From Verrucomicrobiaceae bacterium (lineage in GTDB: Bacteria > Verrucomicrobiota > Verrucomicrobiia > Verrucomicrobiales > Akkermansiaceae): DNA of 64,000 bases. Below, in pieces: positions 39,251-48,761 of this stretch (positions within the stretch are counted from its first letter, which is position 1; each line of letters begins with the position of its first letter). The notes beneath the pieces were generated by a model, which was given only the letters and a program-made list of their open reading frames with translations, was not told the DNA's origin and searched no databases. Location of the stretch: positions 21,280 to 85,279 of the forward strand of contig JAIXOR010000067.1 of the NCBI GenBank assembly GCA_027486655.1, in the 5' to 3' direction. A program made the position numbers and the translations under genes.

Positions 39251-41227
39251 ATGAGCCATCACGGACCGCATCCGCGTTGGAGAACTTCATCGCCTTCGCG
39301 GGCTGGAAGGGCGCTGCCGTTCTTCATCTTCGGCGCGATCGTCACCGTAGCCTGCCTCTGCGCCGCAGCCCGGTGGGGGCTCTCGCATGGGATTCTTTTC
39401 ACCGCTTCGGGCGCACTCATCCTGGCTTATCCGCCACGCTTCCGGCAGCATCCCGGATGGGGTGCCCTGGGACTCGCATGGCTGGCCTGTGGTCTTCTGG
39501 CGTTCATGCCGATCTCGTGGGCAGGCGGTGCGGAGTGGCGTGAGCTCGTCGGTTCCGCAGGCCTCGGCATTTCCGGACTCGTAAGCCCGCAGCCGATCGA
39601 GACCGCCGTGGTTCTTGCCCAGCTTGCGGTGCTCGGAATGGTCGCTCTCTGGATCACAGGCCACGGCTGCTCGGATGAAACGAGAGCAACCATCGCCTTT
39701 GCCTTTGTCGGCATGGTGGGGGCCTTGTGCGCACTCGACCTTGCACTTCGCTCGGTCGAGGGAACCCTGCCCCATCAGGCGGACTTCGGATTTTTTCCCA
39801 ATCGGAATCACAGCGCCTGTCTGGTGGTGATGGCGTCCGTCACCGCCCTCGGCCTGCTGGTCCACGGCGTGAGGCGGAGGCGGCCTTCGGAGTTCCTCGT
39901 CGCCGGCACACTGCTCGGATTTCTCGTCTTCTGTTTGTTCACCAGATCCTCCAGCAGGGCCGGCATTATCCTGCTGCTTCCTTCCGTTCTGGCTTGGGTC
40001 ATTCTGCTGGGAAAAGACTATCTCAGAGGCAACGCCGGCAAAGCCTGCGCGCTTCTGCTGCTGGCCACGTCGCTCGGCTTCCTGCTCTCAGAATCCACCG
40101 TCAAGAATCGGATCTCTAACACCTTCCGGGCGGTTTCCGCATCCGCCTATCCATCGAGGAACGCAGATCCATCACCGCCCTCTCCCGAAGAAATCGACGG
40201 ACGATTCCCCATCGCCAGCGAAACGTTCGCACTGATCCGCGAGAACGCATGGACCGGCTGTGGCGCAGGCCAGTTTCGTTATGTGTTCCCCCAGTATCGA
40301 AAGCCATCGCTTTCAACCGATGGAAGCGATGTGCTGCACCCGGAGAGTTCATGGTTGTGGATCGCGGCGGAGACCGGATTGCCCTCAGCCCTGATTGCCT
40401 TCACCCTTGCGGGCTGGATCCTGCTCACAGCCGCCCGCGAGAGCCGGAAGGCGGTCTCCCGATGCAAGGCGCTCCGCGGTGCCTGCGTCGCCTCCGCCTT
40501 AGTTCCGATGATCCATGGTTTTTTCGATGTGTCCCCCCACCGCGCCGGGATTCTTTGGAGCGCGGCCCTCCTCACCGCAATCGCGTTGCCCATCGATAGA
40601 CGACGCGCCGGAACGACCCAATCCTGGGCCTGGCGGATCACTGGAACCACCATCCTCGGATTCGGGATCCTGCTGCTTGCCCGGCACTCGCTGGAATCCC
40701 CCCTTCTTCCCAGCGAAGCTGCGGAACGACTTCTAAAGAAGTCCTGGCATGCATACGAGCGCGACGCGGCCTCAAACGAGCGGGATCCAGCGGAATCCGG
40801 GGAACCCGATCCCCTGCTCAAGGGCATCCGCCACCTGACTGCCGCAGCCGAACTCACTCCGATGGAAGGCAGGGTCCACGGCTTGTTAGGAACCCTGGCC
40901 CTTCATTTCGACGATAAGGACGCCATCGCGGATCAGGCATTCGCCCGTCAGCGACTCCTCAATCCATCGTGGGTCCGCCTGCCCTTGATGCAGGCGGACT
41001 CTTGGCAAAAAATCGACCCCGTCCGGGTCGCCTCTCTCTGGCAGGAGGCCGTCCAACGGGCCCGCGATGCGGATAGCCGCGGGCACGAGACGGGCTTTGA
41101 AGAAGAAATCACCTCACACATCCGGAAAACCGCCGGAAAAGATCCCTCACTGACCGGAGCGTCCCGCGCGGCGCTGGGCCCGCAAGTGGCGTCCGACGAG
41201 GCGAAACCGACCACGCCAGAACCGTGA
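39251..41227 (+). CDS. O-antigen ligase family protein with helical C-terminal domain
   Basis: GFFPNRNH, SSSRAG, TGCGAGQF, HPESSWL..ETG motifs. Confidence 0.85.
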   Translation: MSHHGPHPRWRTSSPSRAGRALPFFIFGAIVTVACLCAAARWGLSHGILFTASGALILAYPPRFRQHPGWGALGLAWLACGLLAFMPISWAGGAEWRELVGSAGLGISGLVSPQPIETAVVLAQLAVLGMVALWITGHGCSDETRATIAFAFVGMVGALCALDLALRSVEGTLPHQADFGFFPNRNHSACLVVMASVTALGLLVHGVRRRRPSEFLVAGTLLGFLVFCLFTRSSSRAGIILLLPSVLAWVILLGKDYLRGNAGKACALLLLATSLGFLLSESTVKNRISNTFRAVSASAYPSRNADPSPPSPEEIDGRFPIASETFALIRENAWTGCGAGQFRYVFPQYRKPSLSTDGSDVLHPESSWLWIAAETGLPSALIAFTLAGWILLTAARESRKAVSRCKALRGACVASALVPMIHGFFDVSPHRAGILWSAALLTAIALPIDRRRAGTTQSWAWRITGTTILGFGILLLARHSLESPLLPSEAAERLLKKSWHAYERDAASNERDPAESGEPDPLLKGIRHLTAAAELTPMEGRVHGLLGTLALHFDDKDAIADQAFARQRLLNPSWVRLPLMQADSWQKIDPVRVASLWQEAVQRARDADSRGHETGFEEEITSHIRKTAGKDPSLTGASRAALGPQVASDEAKPTTPEP

Positions 41228-41336
41228 TTACCATTCAGCATTTCAAGACATTCGGATTCTTTCCGATTGGGAGCAGGATTTCCCACCCGGATTCCGCAGC
41301 CGCCACCCGCGATAGGCTGCTAGACTCGGAATCATG

Positions 41337-41351
41337 GTGCAAATCTTGCAC
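41337..41351. promoter_or_regulatory. GTGCAA-N3-TTGCAC site (perfect)
   Basis: gtgcaa atc ttgcac upstream of the small ORF and the PEP-CTERM gene. Confidence 0.8.
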
Positions 41352-41405
41352 GATTCTGAAAACGCTTTGAATTGAGTGCATTAACATCCGGCGGGATGTT
41401 TGGGC

Positions 41406-41552
41406 GTGAACAAGAAAAGAGCAGCTTTGATTCTTCTGGCGACGCTGACGCTCTCCACACCGCTCCATGCGGCACGCCGCCCCCCTAACGTCACTCCACC
41501 GCCGCCTGTAGTGACACCCATTACCCTAAAGCCTGTGGTGAGCCCAATCTGA
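41406..41552 (+). CDS. Small secreted Pro/Thr/Val-rich peptide (48 aa)
   Basis: Below the ORF-track cutoff. Manual translation MNKKRAALILLATLTLSTPLHAARRPPNVTPPPPVVTPITLKPVVSPI, with a textbook signal peptide. Confidence 0.7.
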   Translation: MNKKRAALILLATLTLSTPLHAARRPPNVTPPPPVVTPITLKPVVSPI

Positions 41553-41564
41553 AGTCCTACACCC

Positions 41565-42449
41565 ATGAAAGCACACCCATTGATCCTGACGGCATTGGCC
41601 ATATGGCCATTGTCCCAACTGCATGCTTCGGTTTACCTTTCCGACTTCTCGGGGCTCTCCGTAAACGGAGCCTTGGAAGGAGTGGACGGTTGGCAGCAGA
41701 ATGAACCCAACGAAACCGATGGGACCTATGTTTATCCCCTCGCCTTCGGCTCACTAATCGGCTCGAATCCAGCGGCTGCGGTAGGTGGTTACTTCCTGAC
41801 CGATCCTCCAAACCCCAATACCGAGTTTCACGCCTATCACGCGCTCTCGCTTCAGGCATCCCGGCAGCTGACGCTATCGATGAATTTCGCAATCAACGAC
41901 AGCACAGGCTTCGACTCCAACGGCATCGGATATGGAGAACCCGGCTTCGATGGATCCGGCACGATCTACGGACAGGAGAGAAACTCATTCCGCATCGGCC
42001 TGCACAATGCCCTGAACGAGGAGTTCTTCGCCCTTGTCTTTGACCCTGTGGTGGGCGATCCCGATCCGAATGCCAGCCCTGACGATGCGTGGAACGTGTC
42101 TTGGTCCACCGGGGGTGTAAAAACCACAGTGATGGGCATTTATGAATCGCAGCTTCACACCCTGACGATGTCGTTCAGTCCGGACGGAGATGACGTGGAC
42201 TTCAGCTTCTCCATCGCCGGTCTCAATACCGCCACCACCGGCGGCACGCTCACAGGTCTTTCCGACGAAGAGATCACGGAGATCCAGGTCGGCATCAGCC
42301 CTACCTACTCAAGTGTGACGGACAGCCAACAACTCGGCACCAACCACCTCGTCTTCAACAACCTCGTGGTCATCCCCGAGCCCTCTTCGCTGATGCTCGC
42401 CGGCTCCGGCGTCATGGCCCTCATGGTGAGACGCAGGCGTCGGGCCTGA
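41565..42449 (+). CDS. PEP-CTERM sorting protein
   Basis: Signal peptide, beta-rich body, IPEPSS-TM-RRRRRA. Confidence 0.92.
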   Translation: MKAHPLILTALAIWPLSQLHASVYLSDFSGLSVNGALEGVDGWQQNEPNETDGTYVYPLAFGSLIGSNPAAAVGGYFLTDPPNPNTEFHAYHALSLQASRQLTLSMNFAINDSTGFDSNGIGYGEPGFDGSGTIYGQERNSFRIGLHNALNEEFFALVFDPVVGDPDPNASPDDAWNVSWSTGGVKTTVMGIYESQLHTLTMSFSPDGDDVDFSFSIAGLNTATTGGTLTGLSDEEITEIQVGISPTYSSVTDSQQLGTNHLVFNNLVVIPEPSSLMLAGSGVMALMVRRRRRA

Positions 42450-42538
42450 ACACGGTGATTCGCTTCAAAACAAACCATTCCATGGAACTTGTTTCCATCG
42501 AATGGTTTTTTTGTCTCCAGCCATCCCGCTTTCGGATC

Positions 42539-44074
42539 ATGCGCCATTCTCTGAGAGGACCGGTATTCTTCCTGATCTCCGTCCTGTGCTGCGGCGGGCA
42601 GGCCCCGGGAGGAGTCCAATTCGACAATCTCGTCCAGACTTACGACGGGACAGCATCCTATCCGGATCTCTCGGTCGACGGATTGGCCTGTACCCCGCGT
42701 TTTGCCTGCCGCCTGATCGATCCATCGAGCACGCAAACCGTCTTCAGCAATATTCCGGCGGCAATCGCGTGGTCTTATGCAAGCCTTTCCTTTTCCGCAC
42801 AGCAGACGAGCGAACTCGGCAACTTTGTTCAATTGGCGGGAAGCCGGCGTGTGGCGGATCACGTCGAGACTGTCATGGTAACCTGGGCTTCTGCGTCCAG
42901 ATATCCGAGTTGGTCTTCATCGGATCCAACCGGTTACACCCACCCGGTCACCGCCCGGATCTATCAGCCGGTGCCCGCCACAGGCGGGGGAACCGCCTTC
43001 CAGCTCGTCGACGAATCGACGGTGCACGTCCACATCCCTTGGAAACCCACAATCCTTCCCACAGGAGCGGCCTACCCCTACAATGGATACGCTTTCAGGG
43101 TGATCATCCCTCTTTCGGCACGCATCGCCCTGCCGGAATCCTGCGTAGTTGCCATCGCCTATTCGACCCAATCGTCCGGGTCCACACCGATCGGTTCACC
43201 AGGCCCATACAATGAGCTCAATGTGGCACTATCCTCGGGAAAGCCAGCGACCGGCACAGACCCGGATCCATCCTCGGTGTTCTGGATCAAGAACGGCCAG
43301 TGGTTCTATCCGGCAACCGGCTGGGGAGGAGTGGGCTCGCCGATGATCACGCTCAACGCGCGTCAGAACGCCCTTCCTCTGCCGGTTCTCAGCAGCGCGG
43401 TCTCACCGCTTCACGCCGGCATCTATCATGTGAGTGCCTCGATCAGTTCGCCCACCGTCGAGGCCGCTGCCGTGCTAAGGGTTTCCAAAGCAACGGCCAT
43501 GATCCAAGCTGGTGGACTCGTGCGATCGGTGGCCGATCCACCTTTGGGGCCTGTCCTCACCACGGATCCACCCGGACTTCCCTGCGAAGTCACCTTCTCG
43601 GGCAACTCCGCATTGCCCGCGATTCCGGGAGTCCATCCTTTCGAGGCCCGCGTTAGCACGCAGGACCACGAAGGAACTCTGAAAGGGAACTTCACCCTCA
43701 CCGCCGAACGTTACGAGCAATGGACCGGAAGAGTCTTCACCGGATTGCCTTCAAGTCTATCAGCCGGCCCGGCGGATCCCGACGGAGACGGACTCTCCAA
43801 CTGGCATGAATACGCCACAGGAGGAGACCCCATGAAGGCGAACCCAGCCATCATGCCAGAGCGGGTGACAGGCGGAATGCGGATCACCTATCCGGTGAGG
43901 CGTGGCATGGACCGCATTCGCGTGAACCCTGAGTTCTCGAAAGACCTGAGCTCATGGACCGAAACGGCCACCACCACCGGCAACAGCTCGGATCTTTGGG
44001 AAACCCGTCACGCAACCGTCAGCGGAACGAACGGATTCTTCCGTTTCAAGGCCTGGGACGCGGCATCCCCGTGA
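42539..44074 (+). CDS. Secreted surface protein with MBG-like domains and a DPDGDG-containing C-terminal domain
   Basis: Signal peptide from MRHSL; SKATA..TTDPPGL..P..PGVH MBG pattern; DPDGDGLSNWHEYATGGDP and terminal FFRF. Confidence 0.7.
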   Translation: MRHSLRGPVFFLISVLCCGGQAPGGVQFDNLVQTYDGTASYPDLSVDGLACTPRFACRLIDPSSTQTVFSNIPAAIAWSYASLSFSAQQTSELGNFVQLAGSRRVADHVETVMVTWASASRYPSWSSSDPTGYTHPVTARIYQPVPATGGGTAFQLVDESTVHVHIPWKPTILPTGAAYPYNGYAFRVIIPLSARIALPESCVVAIAYSTQSSGSTPIGSPGPYNELNVALSSGKPATGTDPDPSSVFWIKNGQWFYPATGWGGVGSPMITLNARQNALPLPVLSSAVSPLHAGIYHVSASISSPTVEAAAVLRVSKATAMIQAGGLVRSVADPPLGPVLTTDPPGLPCEVTFSGNSALPAIPGVHPFEARVSTQDHEGTLKGNFTLTAERYEQWTGRVFTGLPSSLSAGPADPDGDGLSNWHEYATGGDPMKANPAIMPERVTGGMRITYPVRRGMDRIRVNPEFSKDLSSWTETATTTGNSSDLWETRHATVSGTNGFFRFKAWDAASP

Positions 44075-44501
44075 TCACCTCGGCAAGATTCCACTCACCC
44101 GCCCAGGCAGGGTTCGTGAGGCACAGCATCAACGAAAAACCTGCCAGCACGCTGAAATAGACCCATTCGCTCCGGAGCGATGCACCCCGATGCCGGAGAA
44201 GGAATCCGACCAAGTTCAACAGCAGGAATCCCAGGAAGAGAGGTCCGGACACGGATTCCGCCGCACTCAAGCGTCCCGATTGCACCAAAAACCGGCCGCA
44301 AGAAACGGCAGCCAACGCTTGCAGCCCCACCAAAAGCACGCCCCAAACCCCAAGGCGTGAGACATGCGCATGCCAGAAAGGACGTTGCTCGAAGGACGGC
44401 ACGGCTGTGCAAAACAGGTTGTGTGAGTCGATACGTGACCAGAACTCCTCACGGAATTGTTCGGTCAAACGGGCTTCATCGGGGGTTCTTTGTGCGCTCA
44501 T
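44046..44501 (-). CDS. Small hypothetical membrane protein (about 3 TM)
   Basis: Three hydrophobic stretches; palindrome site ~100 nt upstream; overlaps the convergent gene end by 29 nt. Confidence 0.55.
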   Translation of the reverse strand: MSAQRTPDEARLTEQFREEFWSRIDSHNLFCTAVPSFEQRPFWHAHVSRLGVWGVLLVGLQALAAVSCGRFLVQSGRLSAAESVSGPLFLGFLLLNLVGFLLRHRGASLRSEWVYFSVLAGFSLMLCLTNPAWAGEWNLAEVITGMPRPRP

Positions 44502-44603
44502 GGCATCCGGGGGGTGGGGTGGTCGGTTCATGCAAACCGCGGGGGAGTCTTCCTGCGAGCGTCCTCATTCCAATCCGTTATCCACGCAAACCACGCAAAC
44601 GAC

Positions 44604-44618
44604 GTGCAAAAATTGCAC
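44604..44618. promoter_or_regulatory. GTGCAA-N3-TTGCAC site (perfect)
   Basis: gtgcaa aaa ttgcac in a divergent intergenic region. Confidence 0.8.
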
Positions 44619-44774
44619 CATCGGATGGAATCCCCCGCATTCGTGGGGCGACCCGGGAATCCTGTCCTTGGCAAGCCGGGACCGCTCCGCTATCGGATCG
44701 TGCGGAACCCGACGGGATGGCTGAGACCAGAGCAAGGGCTCCAAGGACCCTCCCATCTCATTGCAGATTTCCCA

Positions 44775-45878
44775 ATGAACCCGCCAAACAGCGCCTCAGC
44801 TACAGGTTTATCCACTGTTCCACGGATACCGGTCAGAAAACACGCACGCTCTCTCCGAGTCCGACCGCTGGCCATCGCAGCGGTGATCGCCAGCGGTCAT
44901 CTTGTGTCCTGTGGCAGGAACTCCCCGGACGCCCGCCTCGAAGCCCAGGAGCGGCAACACCTCGAAGCCATGGCTCAGGACATCACCTCGGCCATACGCG
45001 CCACGGAGGAGCAGACCTCGCGCCTCGCCTCGGAGATCGCCGGAATGTATCCGGATCTCCAGCGCAACGCCGCAAACGCCGACCGCTCTCAATACAAGCT
45101 GGAACCCAACGGAGTGCTTCACCGCCCCGCCGCCATCAAGAACGAACAAGCCGCCGTATTCGTCTCCGGGGCCGTCAAGGTCGATGAATCCGTCATGACC
45201 GTCGTGCTCGGCACCGAAGCCCTCGACCCCGTCCTCAAACGCATTCCGGAAGTCCATCCCGCCGTCGTTCAAGCGTATTACAACGACTGTCACAGCTACA
45301 ACCGCATCTATCCCCCCTTCGACGTGCTCACCCAATACCCGCCGGGAATGCCCATTCCGACCTACAACTTCTACTACCTCGCGGATTCAAAACACAACCC
45401 GGAGCGCAAGGCAGTCTGGGTCAAGGAACCCTACGTCGATCCCGCCGGGCGCGGTTGGATGATCTCCTGCATCGCCCCCGTTTATCACGAAAACTCACTC
45501 ATGGGCGTGGCCGGACTCGACATCACCGTCGAAGCCATCGTCAGAAACTTCGATTTCGAAAACGCCAACAAAATGTGCCTTCTCGCGGCGGCCGACGGCA
45601 CCGTCGTTGCCACCGGAGAACACCTCATCCACGTCCTCCGCCTGCCCGCCCTCAAGAACCACCGCTACGTCGACACCGTCCGCTCGGACACCTTCCGCTC
45701 CGCTGACTACAACATGCTCAAGAGCCGCTCCATCGCCATCCGCAACATGGCGGACGCGCTTCTCGTGAAAAACAATCCCTCCGCCATGCTCGAACTCGAC
45801 GATGTGAAATGGACCATCAACTCCACACCCATCCCGGCACTCGATTGGCGTCTTCTTGAGTTCATCCCGCGGCAATGA
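44775..45878 (+). CDS. Stand-alone Cache-domain (dCache-like) lipoprotein
   Basis: Lipobox-like LVSC; FYYLAD..HNPER..VW..PYVDPAG.GWMISCIAPVY..GVAGLD pattern; ATGA-coupled to the downstream kinase. Start uncertain. Confidence 0.78.
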   Translation: MNPPNSASATGLSTVPRIPVRKHARSLRVRPLAIAAVIASGHLVSCGRNSPDARLEAQERQHLEAMAQDITSAIRATEEQTSRLASEIAGMYPDLQRNAANADRSQYKLEPNGVLHRPAAIKNEQAAVFVSGAVKVDESVMTVVLGTEALDPVLKRIPEVHPAVVQAYYNDCHSYNRIYPPFDVLTQYPPGMPIPTYNFYYLADSKHNPERKAVWVKEPYVDPAGRGWMISCIAPVYHENSLMGVAGLDITVEAIVRNFDFENANKMCLLAAADGTVVATGEHLIHVLRLPALKNHRYVDTVRSDTFRSADYNMLKSRSIAIRNMADALLVKNNPSAMLELDDVKWTINSTPIPALDWRLLEFIPRQ

Positions 45879-48409
45879 CCCGCAACGACGTCCATCGCGA
45901 GCTCAAGGGGCGCACCGACTGGCTGCGCTTCTTCAGCGTCGTCAGGAACTGGCACCTTCTCGCGCTTTTCACCCTCTTCGTCGGCTCCGCCATCTGGCTG
46001 TCCGTGCGCATTATGCGCCTCGAACTCCAGGCCGCAACCAACCGCCTCGTCAGCCACTCGGCCGGAGCCTCCCGCAATCTTGAGACCCAGTTCGATTCCC
46101 TGCGCGACGACTTCCGCGTGCTGGTCTCAACCGGTGCCTTCGAAGCCAGTGTCGGCGAACCCGGACGCAACAATCGCGACCTCGCCAGCGTCAAACGCTT
46201 CTTCGCACGCTATCAGGAAATGATTTCCAGCGTCGAAGTCCTCCTCGTCGACGGTGAAACCATCCTCCTTGAAATCGCTCCGGGCAACTACCTGCGCACG
46301 TCCAGACATGCCAAGTCCACCCACCCCATCATTCCCTCCGCCCCCTCGAAAGTGACCCATGCCGACGAACACCTCATCATCGAGGAACTCGTCCCGGCCG
46401 CGGAGTCCACCGTCATCCGCAGGGTCTGCCTGCACATCAATCACAACCGGTTCTTCGGCGAACAACTCGCCAGTTACCTCATGGGCCAGTCGGACCTCTG
46501 GATCTGGTCGATCGAAGAGGCGGGAAAACCCACCCTCATCCGCAATCCGCTCAAGCTGGGGATCGATTCATTCAACGTCGCTCCCGATGCCCTTCACCGC
46601 ATCCACCAAACCCTCGGCCAGGGCTTGGAAGGCGTGGAGGAACACTCCATCCTGGTTCCCGGGGAACGCTCTGTTGTCAGCGCCTACACACCACTGCACC
46701 TGGGCGGAGAACGCATGGGCCTGGTGTTCTCCACGGACAGCGAGGTCCACCTAGGCAGCCTCCACCGCCTTTCCAAGTTCCTCGGCCTCATTTTCCTCGG
46801 GTCCTTGGTTCTGTTAGGATCGTGGTTCGCGATTTCCTACACGCGCATCCGCGAATCCGAAAGGGAACAGGCGGCTGCAAGGCTCCGTGCCGAGGCGGCG
46901 GACCGCGCCAAAAGCGAGTTCGTCGCCGCAATGAGCCACGAAATCCGCACCCCTCTCAACGGCGTTCTCGGCTATGCGGACCTCCTCATGGCTTCCAAGC
47001 TCACTCCCGGCCAGCGGGATCATGTGGAGGTGATCCGCCACAGCGGAGACCACCTTCTGAGCATCCTCAACGACATCCTCGATTTCTCGAAGATCTCCGC
47101 CGGAGACATGAACCTGCGCTGCCTTCCATTCTCCCCGCTCGAATGCACGGACGACGTCATCGACATGATGTCCACCGCCGCGGACGAACAAGGTCTCGAA
47201 CTGAACCTTGAGGCCCGTGGAGAAATCCCCGCACAAGTCATGGGAGATCCGGGGCGTCTCAGGCAGGTGCTCTACAATCTGGTGGGCAACGGACTCAAGT
47301 TCACCCACGACGGGTCCGTCTCGGTCACCATCGAGGCCTTTGACGAAGGCGACCGCTGGCGGCTCGCCTTCGTCGTCAGCGACACCGGCATCGGCATCCC
47401 CCCGGGAAAGCGCGCCCGGTTGTTCGCCCCTTTCAGCCAGCTCGACGCATCCAATACCCGTGAATACGAGGGCACCGGACTTGGCCTCGCGATCTGCAGC
47501 CGCCTGGTCGAAAAAATGGGGGGAGGCATCGACTTCGAATCGGAGCCGGGCACAGGCAGTGATTTCCACTTCTGGATCATGGCCGGCAAGGTCGATGCGG
47601 CGTCCGACGTCGAACCTCCACCTTTGCATGGCAAGACCGTCATGATCATCGACCCCTCCGAACGCTGCCGGGATTCCCTGGCAGCAAGAATCCGCCGCAT
47701 GGGTGCACAGGTGATCACCGCGGAGGACGAATCCGCGGCAATCCGCCTTTCCGAAGGCAGCGACGGAGTGGACCTCGTGATGATGCACTGGAGCGGTGAA
47801 CCCGCTGCCGGCAAGGCCCTGCGCAGCCACCTCATGAAGGGCCGCGCCCATCCGCCCTCGATGATCGCCCTCACCGGAAAAGGCGTGGATCTGGCACCAC
47901 CCGATCCCGCGTTCAGGGAACGCATGGCCAAACCCGTCCGTCTCGCCAGTCTCGCAAGGCGCCTGATCCACCTGATGGAGAACCATCGATCCGATGCCCC
48001 AACCCCAGCCTCCGCCAACCTCCGCGTGCTGATCGCCGAGGACAATCCCGTGAACAGCAGCCTCATGGTCGCCCTCATGGAACAACGCGGAGCCTCGACC
48101 ACACTCGCGGAAAACGGCAACGAGGCCCTCGCCGCGCTCGAACGGGAAGAGTTCGATGTGGTGTTCATGGATGTGGAAATGCCCGGCCTTGACGGTATCG
48201 AGGTCACCCGGAGATACCGTCAGCTTGAGAGCTCATCCGGCTCACCACGGGTGACGATCGTAGGGCTATCCGCTCACGCCTTTCATGAGGACCGCGACCT
48301 CGCCCTGAACGCAGGCATGGACGACTACCTGACCAAGCCCGTGGTATTCACCGATCTCGATCGTGTGCTTGCGGAGTGCGCCGCCGGGAAAAGCCGTCAG
48401 CAGTCATGA
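45875..48409 (+). CDS. Membrane hybrid histidine kinase (TM-periplasmic-TM, HisKA, HATPase, pseudo-REC, REC)
   Basis: SHEIRTPLNG, NLVGNGLKFT, DTGIGI, GTGLGL; first REC has MMHW instead of xxDx, second has FMDVEMP. Confidence 0.93.
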   Translation: MTRNDVHRELKGRTDWLRFFSVVRNWHLLALFTLFVGSAIWLSVRIMRLELQAATNRLVSHSAGASRNLETQFDSLRDDFRVLVSTGAFEASVGEPGRNNRDLASVKRFFARYQEMISSVEVLLVDGETILLEIAPGNYLRTSRHAKSTHPIIPSAPSKVTHADEHLIIEELVPAAESTVIRRVCLHINHNRFFGEQLASYLMGQSDLWIWSIEEAGKPTLIRNPLKLGIDSFNVAPDALHRIHQTLGQGLEGVEEHSILVPGERSVVSAYTPLHLGGERMGLVFSTDSEVHLGSLHRLSKFLGLIFLGSLVLLGSWFAISYTRIRESEREQAAARLRAEAADRAKSEFVAAMSHEIRTPLNGVLGYADLLMASKLTPGQRDHVEVIRHSGDHLLSILNDILDFSKISAGDMNLRCLPFSPLECTDDVIDMMSTAADEQGLELNLEARGEIPAQVMGDPGRLRQVLYNLVGNGLKFTHDGSVSVTIEAFDEGDRWRLAFVVSDTGIGIPPGKRARLFAPFSQLDASNTREYEGTGLGLAICSRLVEKMGGGIDFESEPGTGSDFHFWIMAGKVDAASDVEPPPLHGKTVMIIDPSERCRDSLAARIRRMGAQVITAEDESAAIRLSEGSDGVDLVMMHWSGEPAAGKALRSHLMKGRAHPPSMIALTGKGVDLAPPDPAFRERMAKPVRLASLARRLIHLMENHRSDAPTPASANLRVLIAEDNPVNSSLMVALMEQRGASTTLAENGNEALAALEREEFDVVFMDVEMPGLDGIEVTRRYRQLESSSGSPRVTIVGLSAHAFHEDRDLALNAGMDDYLTKPVVFTDLDRVLAECAAGKSRQQS

Positions 48410-48673
48410 GCCACGTCCTGCCGATGAGGCGATGCCTCGACGGCGGCGACGGATCAGTCCAAGCATCCCGAAAACACCGATGAACGCTGCCGCCGACTCG
48501 GCGGAAAGCAGGTTCATGTCCGCACTCAGGCGGGCCAATGGAAGCGCGGACACCACCCGCGACGCATCCTTCAGGATCGCACCCGGCGGCGGAAGGGACG
48601 CAGCCGGATCGGAGGCCGGAGCATATGCCCAGCCGCCCAGGGCAAGCAACAGAGTGACACGGATCAATCTCAT
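48404..48673 (-). CDS. Small exported protein with a PEP-CTERM-like TM/Arg tail but no PEP motif
   Basis: Signal peptide, then SAESAAAFIGVFGMLGLIRRRRR; palindrome site 71 nt upstream. Confidence 0.6.
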   Translation of the reverse strand: MRLIRVTLLLALGGWAYAPASDPAASLPPPGAILKDASRVVSALPLARLSADMNLLSAESAAAFIGVFGMLGLIRRRRRGIASSAGRGS

Positions 48674-48743
48674 GATTTACAGATTGCAGCTGCATGAATA
48701 GGCACCGCCGCAAACCACCGCGAGGGCAAGCACTCGCCACAAA

Positions 48744-48758
48744 GTGCAAATAATGCAC
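48744..48758. promoter_or_regulatory. GTGCAA-N3-TTGCAC site (1 mismatch)
   Basis: gtgcaa ata atgcac, 3 nt past the nos stop codon. Confidence 0.72.
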
Positions 48759-48761
48759 CCT

